Shown here: in pieces, positions 49,739-60,581 of the stretch
How the letters are laid out: each line of letters starts with the position of its first letter
Position numbering within the stretch: position 1 is the first letter of the stretch
Source: Amoebophrya sp. A120
Taxonomy: Eukaryota; Protista; Dinoflagellata
Direction: 5' to 3'
Length of the DNA stretch: 64,000 nt
NCBI GenBank assembly: GCA_905178155.1
Contig: CAJINV010000002.1
Location: forward strand, 1,981,216 to 2,045,215
Notes under the pieces: generated by a model
What the model saw: the letters and a program-made list of their open reading frames with translations, nothing else
Told to the model about the DNA's origin: nothing
The model's database searches: none
Position numbers and translations under genes: made by a program

Positions 49739-51690
49739 ATATAATTTCACCTTCTCTGCGCAATTCACCCATAGAGTGAACGCGCGCGCAACCAACGGAA
49801 GCGAATGACGTGCAGAAGTAGCGCGTCGCAGTGATAGTCGCAAGACCTCGAGCGACAGTCACAATGGCAGCTAAGAGAGAACCCGGCCGGCACAACGAGC
49901 TACGGGTAGCAGGCCATGCAAGCCAGGCTCTCGACCCCCACAGAGCCATGCCCCGGACATAGAGGTGGCCCAAGCCGCGAGACGCGACTGGGACCGCCGA
50001 ATATCTAGGGCGGGCTTGCGAGGGGTGCCGCAAGGGGTCTCGCGACCTCAAGTCGGGTGGGAGGGTGGGAAAAAACGCAAAATCTAGGCGAGCCAAGACA
50101 ATGCGGTATTTCTGGAAAAAGGACAGAGACCCAGCCGAAGCTGGTCGACACCGGGCAGCCAGCCCGGTGTCGGAGTGTGCAACCCTCTTGCTTGATCATG
50201 TGAACTGATATAATCGCTACGCGACGCATATAATTTCACCTTCTCTGCGCAATTCACCCATAGAGTGAACGCGCGCGCAACCAACGGAAGCGAATGACGT
50301 GCAGAAGCGCGTCGCAGTGATAGTCGCAAGACCTCGAGCGACAGTCACAATGGCAGCCAAGAGAGAACCCGGCCGGCACAACGAGCTACGGGTAGCAGGC
50401 CATGCAAGCCAGGCTCTCGACCCCCACAGAGCCATGCCCCGGACATAGAGGTGGCCCAAGCCGCGAGGCGCGACTGGGACCGCCGAATATCTAGGGCGGG
50501 CTTGCGAGGGGTGCCGCAAGGGGTCTCGCGACCTCAAGTCGGGTGGGAGGGTGGGAAAAAACGCAAAATCTAGGCGAGCCAAGACAATGCGGTATTTCTG
50601 GAAAAAGGACAGAGACCCAGCCGAAGCTGGTCGACACCGGGCAGCCAGCCCGGTGTCGGAGTGTGCAACCCTCTTGCTTGATCATGTGAACTGATATAAT
50701 CGCTACGCGACGCATATAATTTCACCTTCTCTGCGCAATTCACCCATAGAGTGAACGCGCGCGCAACCAACGGAAGCGAATGACGTGCAGAAGCGCGTCG
50801 CAGTGATAGTCGCAAGACCTCGAGCGACAGTCACAATGGCAGCCAAGAGAGAACCCGGCCGGCACAACGAGCTACGGGTAGCAGGCCATGCAAGCCAGGC
50901 TCTCGACCCCCACAGAGCCATGCCCCGGACATAGAGGTGGCCCAAGCCGCGAGGCGCGACTGGGACCGCCGAATATCTAGGGCGGGCTTGCGAGGGGTGC
51001 CGCAAGGGGTCTCGCGACCTCAAGTCGGGTGGGAGGGTGGGAAAAAACGCAAAATCTAGGCGAGCCAAGACAATGCGGTATTTCTGGAAAAAGGACAGAG
51101 ACCCAGCCGAAGCTGGTCGACACCGGGCAGCCAGCCCGGTGTCGGAGTGTGCAACCCTCTTGCTTGATCATGTGAACTGATATAATCGCTACGCGACGCA
51201 TATAATTTCACCTTCTCTGCGCAATTCACCCATAGAGTGAACGCGCGCGCAACCAACGGAAGCGAATGACGTGCAGAAGCGCGTCGCAGTGATAGTCGCA
51301 AGACCTCGAGCGACAGTCACAATGGCAGCCAAGAGAGAACCCGGCCGGCACAACGAGCTACGGGTAGCAGGCCATGCAAGCCAGGCTCTCGACCCCCACA
51401 GAGCCATGCCCCGGACATAGAGGTGGCCCAAGCCGCGAGGCGCGACTGGGACCGCCGAATATCTAGGGCGGGCTTGCGAGGGGTGCCGCAAGGGGTCTCG
51501 CGACCTCAAGTCGGGTGGGAGGGTGGGAAAAAACGCAAAATCTAGGCGAGCCAAGACAATGCGGTATTTCTGGAAAAAGGACAGAGACCCAGCCGAAGCT
51601 GGTCGACACCGGGCAGCCAGCCCGGTGTCGGAGTGTGCAACCCTCTTGCTTGATCATGTGAACTGATATAATCGCTACGCGACGCATATA
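49739..51690. repeat. Four near-identical tandem units of 486 bp (first 489 bp), each joined at atata
   Basis: Units start atataatttcaccttc at 49739, 50228, 50714 and 51200; the ORF track repeats with a 486-bp period. Confidence 0.97.
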
Positions 51691-51706
51691 AGATCAGTAG
51701 CTAGAA

Positions 51707-51826
51707 AAGGCGTTTTTGAAGGCTTCCACGACGCTACTCCGCCGACATCCAGCTCCACGGATTCGCCCGAATCCGTGGAGCTGGATGTCGGCGGAGTAGC
51801 GTCGTGGAAGCCTTCAAAAACGCCTT
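51707..51826. repeat. Perfect palindrome, 59-bp arms with a 2-nt spacer
   Basis: aaggcgtttttgaaggc...ccacggattcg-cc-cgaatccgtgg...gccttcaaaaacgcctt. Confidence 0.97.
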
Positions 51827-52001
51827 ATATACATAAGCTATTAAGCTAACTAAAAACAAAGCATTTTCACTAGCTAGTTCGGTTCAGTTCAGTTCGACGC
51901 ATTATCCTGTTTCAGTTAACCGCTCTGAAATTAATCGATTGAATCGTGGATGTGCGTGCACTACTATCATCTTCTTTTCCTTCCAGGGGTGTAAGGCTCG
52001 T

Positions 52002-53396
52002 CTATCGCAACACAAAAGTTCCGTCGTTTTCCCGTACGAACCACACCCCTGCTACGTTCATTTCTTCCTTTCCTGAGTTTTCGCAGAAATAGACGTCACT
52101 GACTTCGAAAGCCACCTCTGGGTCCCCTTCCACCTCCCACTGCCCCGGCCTACTCGTTGAAGCTCTCCACTTTTTTCCTGAAAGTTTTTCTACAAGAGCT
52201 GCAGCAGCTTCAGCTTGTTCAGCTTTCTGTTGTTCGAGCCGAAGGCGCCTCTCCTCAAGCATTTTCTCCGCCTTTTTCGACCGCTTTCCCCGCTCGGGCC
52301 CTTTCTTCTTTTGCTCCCTTCTCCCAGTGGCGTAGGGCCGTCGCCGTGTCAGCGTTTCCCTTGTGGCCGCGCCCGTTGGCTTTTGTGCCACCAAGTCGTC
52401 GAGGCTGAAGTTGTAAAACTCGAGGTCTTCTGCGGCTTTGCGGCCCCATGGCGTTTTTTCCTGGATTTCTGTCCTGACACGGGACAAAGAACCCTCCCCG
52501 GTTGTGTCCCGTGCTGTGTGTGCGATCCAGGATATCCGTTTTTCCCGAAGCTCTACTTCGATAGCCTGGACCCCAAGCATGCGGCACATCTGGTCGCGGG
52601 AAGGCGCGCCCTGCCAATCCCAATAACCGAGGATGTGGCGCAGCACCTGGGTCTGAAAGCTCCGAAGGATCTTCTCGTCTTCTTCCGAAGTCGCCCAGGT
52701 TTCGGCGTTGTACAGGGCGACGCTTAGCGACAACGCGCGGTAGAGCCCTGCCTTGAGGTGTTTCGGTACTTCTTTGTCGCGCCAGATTTTTGTCAACGAC
52801 TTAACTGTGCTCAGCGCCATCGCGCATCGCCTTTTCGTTTCGGACGTAGTCGTTGCATTCCGGTCGATTTCTGTGCCCAAGTACACAAAACGCTCCACCG
52901 TGGCTATTTGCTTCCCACCATGCCATACGTGAACAGGCTCCGCCACCGCTGCCGCCTTTTCGCTTTTCTTCTTTCCCTCTACCTGTCTGGCCACCCGTAG
53001 GGTTCTCTGTTCCTGTATGGTTTTGTCCTTGCGGCAGAACCCGGTGGCCAGGTGGTACTTCAGCGCGGTGGCATCCTCCAACACATCGCCGCACCTCGGG
53101 CAACGGTGCTGGTTGTGTTTCTCGAGGATGTACTCCCGGCGGCCTAGCCTCGTGATCCGCATGGCCCTGCCGTTGTCGAGCGTGGCCCACCCGGATGCCT
53201 TCATCTTGATGATGTTGAGGAGTCCGTTGTCCCACACGGCAAGGTGGGTGGGGACCAAGTCCCCCATCAGCTTCGTTGACACCGCTGCCGCGGCAGCGCG
53301 GTATTCTCGAACCAGGTCGATGCCGTCCCATTCCACGAGGAACCCATGGACTGCCTTGGCCCCCTCTTCTTCGCTGATCATGCACCGCTCTGTCAT
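52002..53396 (-). CDS. C-terminal part of an RTE-like non-LTR retrotransposon protein (C2H2-like zinc finger plus RT domain 7/thumb), 5'-truncated but open (464 aa)
   Basis: VERFVYLGTEID...ETKRRCAMA...LTKIWRDK...KAGLYRAL...LYNAETW...FQTQVLRHILG is typical of the RTE-clade C-terminus; CPRCGDVLEDATALKYH; no YxDD or endonuclease; (gaact)n tail at 51876-51895. Confidence 0.85.
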   Translation of the reverse strand: MTERCMISEEEGAKAVHGFLVEWDGIDLVREYRAAAAAVSTKLMGDLVPTHLAVWDNGLLNIIKMKASGWATLDNGRAMRITRLGRREYILEKHNQHRCPRCGDVLEDATALKYHLATGFCRKDKTIQEQRTLRVARQVEGKKKSEKAAAVAEPVHVWHGGKQIATVERFVYLGTEIDRNATTTSETKRRCAMALSTVKSLTKIWRDKEVPKHLKAGLYRALSLSVALYNAETWATSEEDEKILRSFQTQVLRHILGYWDWQGAPSRDQMCRMLGVQAIEVELREKRISWIAHTARDTTGEGSLSRVRTEIQEKTPWGRKAAEDLEFYNFSLDDLVAQKPTGAATRETLTRRRPYATGRREQKKKGPERGKRSKKAEKMLEERRLRLEQQKAEQAEAAAALVEKLSGKKWRASTSRPGQWEVEGDPEVAFEVSDVYFCENSGKEEMNVAGVWFVRENDGTFVLR

Positions 53397-53817
53397 CGCA
53401 ATTTAATATATAACTACCTTATTTACACCGAAAAAAAAAAACTGTATCCCTTTGGGTAACTAGCCTGTTGGGCACGTTACTGCCGTCATAGTGCGCTACA
53501 TGTTTTTACTAAAACTGGGTACGAATAAACAGGTCGAGGTGGCGTTCGTCATCTTCTGACTCAAATCAAACTTCAACTTGGTCATTGCAATACTGGGTGT
53601 GGGTCGTGGTCGATGAAGTTGTTCAAACGAAAAAAAATGCAACATAATTTGAAAGAGTAAGAGAAAGAATGAGATTCCAAAAAAAAAAGAATACAAAAAT
53701 GTGCTAGATGAATTTGTTTTGATGTACTGAGGTACTCGTACTACTGATAAAAAAGGTAGGACCAACGAACTAGGAGTACGAGTACTTCTGCTCTGCACCC
53801 TTGAATAAACAAGAACT

Positions 53818-56800
53818 CTAAATCTTCCTCCTTTTCGCCGAATCCAACAGTGCGGACATGTCCTCCGGCTCAATGGTCCCAGGGTCCTGCGCCGTCAACT
53901 ATGCCTTGCAAAAGTATCTTACTATATACGAATTGCATCACAAATTTTGTGAAGAAAGAAAAATGCAGTTTGTCATGCTAGTTGACGTAGAAGGTTGGAT
54001 TTTTCATGCATGACTGCAATTACCATGAGTATGATACACTTTTGCGATGCATATCAACCGCCCAACACTGATTTTCGACACCGTTCCGCTCGTGACGCCC
54101 TTCCCGCCCATCCGTCCCTTCTGCGAGTCGAGCGCCACCGCGTTACTGGGCCGGAACGGCGTAACCGGCAACGCGCTATCGGCGTTATTTGTAGCCACTG
54201 AGCCTCCCGTGGACGTGGATTTTGCCCGGGCGGCCTGCAGCATTTGCGTAAACGGGTTGGACGCGCGGGCCTCCTTGCCGGCTTGTTGCCACAGCAAGGC
54301 CGCGGGGGATCGTGCATTCGAAGTTCTGGCTGCGTCTGGAACGGCGCTCTGGTCGCCGATTTTCCCCTATGCTGTGTAAAAACGTCCCCACCCCAGAGTT
54401 GTCATGCAGATTTGCGATGACTGGAAGATTTGTAATGCGCAGGTCCATGCCAGGCGTTGCCAATCGTGTTTTGGACTTTGTAATACTGTAAACAGAATGA
54501 CAAGCTGGCTTTCTCATGCGGCTGCCCGTGCTAACCAGCACTACACTGCAGATGGGAACTTGTCATGCACAACGCCGAAAACTTGGAGATTTGTGTTGCA
54601 GATAGACCAACTTGACTATGGGGTGGGGACGTTTTTGCTCAGGATATCCCCGAAATGCGCTTCATTGGGGGTGGGTCAGTGGAGAGGAGTTCTTTACTCT
54701 CGACGTTACTGTTCGCCGCTGAGGTACCCAGAGTTCCGGTTGTCTGCTGACCCAGACCCATCTTCCCCGTCCCTTTGTATCTGGAACCCGCGCCGGCAAT
54801 ATATCCACAGGAAAAATGTTCCCGTACTGCACGCAGTCGCAGACGCACATCCAATGCCAATGCGGTTTCTGCATGACAAAACTTAAACTTTTCTTCAATC
54901 CTCTTGTTCAGCAGGACAGGTGGGAGGCTCTAAGTTGGAGTTGCCAATGCCAAAATTTGTCATGCATAATTTCGTACCTCTACGTCTACCTACGTCGACG
55001 TCGTGTACGGGAAATTTGTATTGCATAAGTTCGCTGGTGGACTACCGCCAAGTTTGAACGAGCTTTCCGCGTTTCCACCTGGTCCGCTGGTGACGCCACT
55101 TCCCGCAAAAGTGCTGTGGCTGTCCACCGTCTGGTTAGCGGGCTGACTCGTGTTCATCGCGTTCGGCTGACTTGCCATCGCGTGACTGGGCATGCTGCCT
55201 GCGAAGGTAATCGGAGCTGGTGCGGGCGAGCTTGCCATCCCGCCCGCAAACGTCACCGGCGGCGCGGGAGTGCTCGCCATGCCCCCCGCAAACGTAGCTG
55301 GTTGGTTGCCCGACGGCAGTTTTGCAGCTCGTGGGCCGGAGGACAAGACTTTCTTCCCGCCGGCGGAGGAGGAGATTCGTTTTGCACTATCCTTCTTCGA
55401 AGACGACTTCCGCTCTTTGCCCGGTAACGGCGCAATGCCGCCGAATCCTTGATAGTACTTCCCCGAATCGACTGGTTTCACCTCCGGAGTGGGCTCCGGC
55501 ATGACCATCATGCTCGGCTCGTACAACCCAGTGACCGGGTTCACCTTTCCATACCTTTTCCCGTGCGCCTGGTTCTCGTCAGGTGCCTTCTGCACGATCG
55601 GCTGCTCGGGTAGTTCTTGTTTTTTTGGCGGTTTGCGATACTGATACCACTGCTGGAGATACTGTGCCTGTTCGTCTTGCGTCATGGTCTGCCACCACTG
55701 TTCGTTTTGCATCTGCTCGATAGCGGCTAGTTGTTGAGGATCGAGGGGTTGAGGTTGTGCTGCGTCGTAATTATTTTTACCGTACGCAGCTCCTGGTCCT
55801 GCACCTTTATTCCCTCCGTACGGATCTTTGGTACCGGAAAATTTCATATCTTTGCCGTGTGGAGGACCACCGCCTTTGATGTTAGGATTCATCGCGCTAT
55901 CCTTGCCACCTTGTCCTTTATCCCCGCCCTTGCCGTGCGCCCCAGGTGGTGGTCCTTTCATCCAAAACTCTTCTTTTTCGCCCTTTCCTTTGCCCCTGTG
56001 CTCCTCACCATGCTGGTGCTTGTTTTCCCCCGCGGCGGGGTGGTAGTGGCCGTAATCATCAATCCACCCCTCATCCTCCGGTTCCTTTTTGCAGTAGCAG
56101 CAACAGACACAGATGATAACAGCGATTATCCCGACCGGCAGGACGCAGAAAACGCCGATTTTCACGAGGTTCGCCGCCATCATGTCGAACTTCATGCGCT
56201 GGTTCAGGTTTAGTTTGGTTTGCTGCGAAATGGTTTGCTTTTCGTGTTGTTTTTGCTCCATCTCTACTTGCATCTGCATTTTCTTGTTCACCTTGGTCGT
56301 TCCAACGGTAAGCTTCTTCGTCTCTAGTAGGCCGGATGAACTGCCCGGTGCATCTTGTTCAACATCCGCCTTACTGTTCTTGTTCGCTGCAGCTGTTGAA
56401 GAAGTGGGAACACCAGAAACTGCTTGTCCTTGATGTTTTTTTCTATCTACTCTCGGGAAATGGAGAAACGCTGAAGCGGAGGCGGACGTAGTTGTGTCAG
56501 CGGTTGTTGGTGTCAGCGGTTTCTGTTGCTCATCCGCGTCACCCTGTCCTTCTCCTGCGGATAACATCCCGCGGTCAAGAACATTCGACGAGACGTCTTG
56601 ATTGTCGACATCACGGTCTGCAGCAGGAGCTATTCCGTCTTCATTCTTCTGCACGAGAGCAGTACTAGTAGCGCTTGTTGTCGCGCTTTCCTCGTTACCG
56701 CCCCGTTTGCCGCTCTCTTTGACCGCGACAGCAAGTGCTGCTTCCTCGGCTCCTTCTGTAGTATCACTAGCTCGCGTGGCAGCTTGCCGGTGGAAAATTT

Positions 56801-56930
56801 TCGCATGTTTTTGCGGTGACGGAGAAGCTTTATGCAGGTGGTGTACGGAAAGTGAGTGGACTTGTTGGGTGAAAAAAGTAGTCGCGAAAAATGTGGAGGA
56901 TAGAACGAGCCTACGGAAACTCGACGACAT
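53818..56930 (-). CDS. Gene G, 4-exon probable type I membrane protein
   Basis: Signal-peptide-like MSSSFRRLVLSSTFFATTFFTQQVHS; TM segment IGVFCVLPVGIIAVIICVCCCYCKK; frame continuous across 3 TIR elements to the stop at 53818; alternative ATG at 56975. Confidence 0.8.
53900..54053. mobile_element. Introner, family 2
   Basis: tatgccttgcaaaagtatc...gatacacttttgcgatgcata; perfect TSD tcaac. Confidence 0.92.
54368..54646. mobile_element. Introner, family 3
   Basis: tatgctgtgtaaaaacgtccccacccc...ggggtggggacgtttttgctcaggata; perfect TSD tcccc. Confidence 0.94.
54802..55027. mobile_element. Introner, family 8-related
   Basis: tatccacaggaaaaatgttcccgtac...gtacgggaaatttgtattgcata; TSD not recognisable, but element plus 5 nt (231) keeps the frame. 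Confidence 0.75.
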
Positions 56931-57882
56931 CTCTAATCGACAACGAAGACCCGCGTTTTTCGCGGGCCTAAGCATTTTGTCGCGAAAGAAAGTTCTCGAT
57001 AAGTTCGTGCTCGGCAGAATAATATCAAATTCAAAACATGATGCTAGAACTAGATGCAACTGGGGGTGTAGAACTAAAAAGTAATTAGTAGGGGTTTAAA
57101 TTACTAGAAATAATGCCTGCTGAGATTATATTCAGAAATTCGAAAAATGACAAGCACTGCTGCGCGAAGCAGGAAGCGAGTAGAGCCGCGCAGTTGGCTA
57201 ACGAATCATACGAAGATAGAAGCCGAGGAAGAAAACTTGTACGAATAATTCTGAACGAGGATAAAGTTGAAGACGAAAACATTGTTCCTTTTGGATGATG
57301 AAGATGATGCCCGAAAACGCACGATTGTGGCAAGACACCGAAGCTGCACTCATTTTTTGTTTATCGTGCAGACCACGAAGACGAAGCGTCACCAGCAACC
57401 GACGTTTGTTCTGTCAACAGAAACTGATTCGGGACTCTTCAACGTCTTGTCTACGAAACTTCTTAGCAAATAGACAAGCTTGCTTGCATCACACAAAGTG
57501 GAAGATGCAGCCTGGACCACCGTGAAGATTCACGATCAGAATCTCAACTATTTCGTGCCGGTCTTTTACGTTTTACAAGAACATTGATGGGATATCGAAA
57601 TGAGGACGCAACAGCAAGTGAATAAATCAGAAGTTGCTACTATGAATTAGCCAGAGGTGCCTGTGGCCAGTAATATTATTAGAGGCTAGCAGCTAGTAGA
57701 TACAGTGGTAGAGCTGGTCGCGCTTCCTGTTCCTAGACTCAAATATGTGGCCAAGAACGTCGTCTGCGCTTGACTAAGCTTTATTATCGGCAACGCCAAA
57801 AAAACTTGATCCAAAAACTGGTGGGTGGCTGCTCCGTATCGCCACACGACATCACCATCATCTCTGTCGTAAAAAAACCTTC

Positions 57883-58383
57883 TCACGCCTGGACAGAGGG
57901 TGCAGCTGGCTTCCTCTCCCCAACGGTACTTTCGTTTGGCCCCATCGGCGGCTTGGCTTCTCCGACTACAGCTTCAACTTCCTCCACCATTTTTTCGTGC
58001 TCCGCCGAGAGATGCTGTTTGGCCACGACCGCAGGTTCGAGTTGTTCAGGTTTCCCCCCCACGGTGGACTCATTGGGGTCCATCTGCTGGTGATTTTCGT
58101 CGGGTTTGCCGACTACAGATTCGAGGTTCTCAACCATCTTCTGATGTTTGGGCGAGAGATGCCCCCTCGGTTCTGCGATTTTTGCTTCACGGCGATCCTT
58201 CGTGATTTTGCGAGTTTCGGCGGCCTTCATTATCTTCGCGGCTGCAGCAGCTGTGCTGCGAGATGAGGACTCATTCTGCTTCACTTCCGCATGCTGTTGA
58301 TGTGAGCGAACGGAAGTGGAATACCCTTCGGCTCCGATGAGAGAATGAAAAAGCTGGGAAAATAGAAAAAGTCGCATCATCAT
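57883..58383 (-). CDS. Small probably secreted protein with internal repeats
   Basis: MMMRLFLFSQLFHSLIGAEG signal-like start; repeated KMVE...VVG...M.PNESTVG..KP. Confidence 0.65.
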   Translation of the reverse strand: MMMRLFLFSQLFHSLIGAEGYSTSVRSHQQHAEVKQNESSSRSTAAAAAKIMKAAETRKITKDRREAKIAEPRGHLSPKHQKMVENLESVVGKPDENHQQMDPNESTVGGKPEQLEPAVVAKQHLSAEHEKMVEEVEAVVGEAKPPMGPNESTVGERKPAAPSVQA

Positions 58384-59351
58384 GCTGATGCTTTCTTCAA
58401 AGAAGAAATGATGATTGGAAGATGAACAAATTTGAATAGAAGTTGCAGGTGGTTTATTATTATTCTACTAACCTGGTTTCGGGGTGTAGCTCCAGTCCTG
58501 CGAGGGGCGTCTGGTTGAAGATGAAAGGTCCTTAGGCGGTTTTGCAATAGAAATACGCATGGCTTTCTACTGAGCAGAAAAACGACGACGACACGACTTT
58601 GTTGACGAAAGCCACTGAACCGGTTAGAGGACAGACAACGGAGGTCACAGGACGATTTGTGGACGCTGAATGAACGAACGAAACCAGATTTCTTGTTGCA
58701 GAAGTACAACCGAAAAACTACCGCACGTCAATGTCAACGCAGAAACTACGAAAGGCGGGCAGAATCATACGACCAAACGACTAGTACGCCGACCTGCACG
58801 AAGCCAAGACACTGACAATGAACCGATGCGCTTTCATTTTCAGTGCACAAGAACTCGTCTTGTAATCAAAGCTACAAAGAAAACGCCACCCTTCAAAGAA
58901 GGACTGTCAAGCTTTGTGACTGCAGGAAGTGCTGAGTCCAACTCGATGCGGTTCATGTAAAGGCTTGATGACGATGTTGGGGTCAATCTCTTTTTATTGG
59001 TCACGCACGGCGGGGTTTTTGATTTTGTTCTGCGTTGTTCAAAAATGAATAGGTCGCACAAGCCAGCTCGCCACTATTTCTTGTTCCTCATCAAGATGCT
59101 TCTGCTACAAGATAGACGTGCCACGCGAGCAGTACGAGTAGCGAAACATCAGCCTTTCGACTTCTACATCTACCGTTCCTCCTTATCCTGACACGGGATA
59201 CGCGACAAAGGAAAAATGGAAAAAGGCAGCAAAGGTCAAGAAAAGCACCAGCAAGCCTGACTTCGACATCGTTTTGTTTTTGGAAAACTTAAACTACCTC
59301 TACATTTTGAAGATTTTTCTGACCTCGACCCTCGTTCGGGTAGCTTCTCAT

Positions 59352-59813
59352 TCACAACACAACAAACTTCATTTCCTGCTGCGCACCGGAAGTAGTTTCC
59401 TCCTCCTTCACGACTTCGAGCGTGCTTGTGGCGGAGGTACTAGTAGCGCTGGGCGTGGACTCCGCGGGGACGTCGACGTCGTGGGAAGAAGATGATGAAC
59501 TGGGTGCTGTGACACCGGCGCCCGAGCGGACATGATCACGGGGGTGGGAATTTTTCTCCGTCGCACCACCACCCCGGCGAGGACCGCGGTTCCCCCGGTC
59601 GTGCGGCGCAGCGGCCTCACCCGCCTTTGTAGCAGAATTTTCGCTCTTCACCTCGGCAGTAGTCTGAGATGAAGTGGCCTTGGTCCGGGAAGATTTCTTG
59701 CCCCGGTTCTTCACCTCACGACCGCGTTTCTGATGGGATTGCACATGTGCAGTAAAAGCTTCGGCTTCCCCCGTGAAGGAAACAATCTGGGAGAGTGCGA
59801 AAAGACGCAACAT
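59352..59813 (-). CDS. Small probably secreted protein, paralog of 57883-58383
   Basis: MLRLFALSQIVSFTGEAEAFTAHVQSHQK...EVK aligns with MRLFLFSQLFHSLIGAEGYSTSVRSHQQHAEVK. Confidence 0.65.
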   Translation of the reverse strand: MLRLFALSQIVSFTGEAEAFTAHVQSHQKRGREVKNRGKKSSRTKATSSQTTAEVKSENSATKAGEAAAPHDRGNRGPRRGGGATEKNSHPRDHVRSGAGVTAPSSSSSSHDVDVPAESTPSATSTSATSTLEVVKEEETTSGAQQEMKFVVL

Positions 59814-60581
59814 GTTTTGAAGAGGGCGGTCGCGAAGATGTGTGCTGAGATTAAGGTGTAGGAGGGTCTGGTTTATTTTTAGCTGCGTAGAAATAAATTT
59901 AAATGCAGATTTTTTGGACAAGAAACGATCGAGGGGGGGGCGAGCTAGGTTTTGTAATGAGGCTCTTCAAAGTAAGCAGAAGTAGAGTTTTGGTTTTGGT
60001 TTTGTTCGCTGTTTGAATGAACATAGGCATCCAACGAGGCTCACGAGAGGTGTGACAATGTGCGGGAAGGCTTTTTATACGAACGAGCACAAGCACAACA
60101 CATCAATGGGATTCGGAATGAAAGAATCCGATGCCAATGGGTATTTACTTTTTATTTTCGAAACTGACACTGACATACGACTTCGCTGCATGTACGACAA
60201 CGACGACGACAACGGACGACAAAAAACCAAAAGTTGCTCCAGCTTTGCACGTCCTCGAAATAACCGACGATACGAAAACGAAACCACTGAGAATGCGAAT
60301 GCACGAAAGGAAGAGGAACAAAAGCTCCAAAAAACCGATCTGGATTTCTTGCGTGTTTGCATGAAGAAGGCAATACGCAATCAAATCAACGGATATCGAC
60401 GTGCACAGCTGGCGTAGTGACAGAACAAATCCCACGGAACGGGTATGTCCTCATCCACATTGTTTGCATTGCATTTCAAATTGTTCAAGTTCATTTGATT
60501 CGTGGATTTGCATTTCACAAAAACCAACCTGCGGTTTGATTTGAAGTTTACTGACAAAAGACTCACATCCTAGTCATGATC

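Larger units (their letters stand above)
49621..53490. mobile_element. 3.87-kb TAT...ATA TIR element with retroelement cargo
   Basis: 24-bp perfect TIR tatgacggcagtaacgtgcccaac with further imperfect pairing; perfect 5-bp TSD gtgcg (49616-49620, 53491-53495). Confidence 0.93.

Noticed and set aside
49739-51690. CRISPR-like array or repeated protein genes
   Set aside because: Units are near-identical throughout with no variable spacers; the repeated short ORFs are by-products of the repeat.
52002-53396. The ORF as the introner transposase or an active RT
   Set aside because: No DDE signature, YxDD or endonuclease is visible; an in-frame stop lies just upstream.
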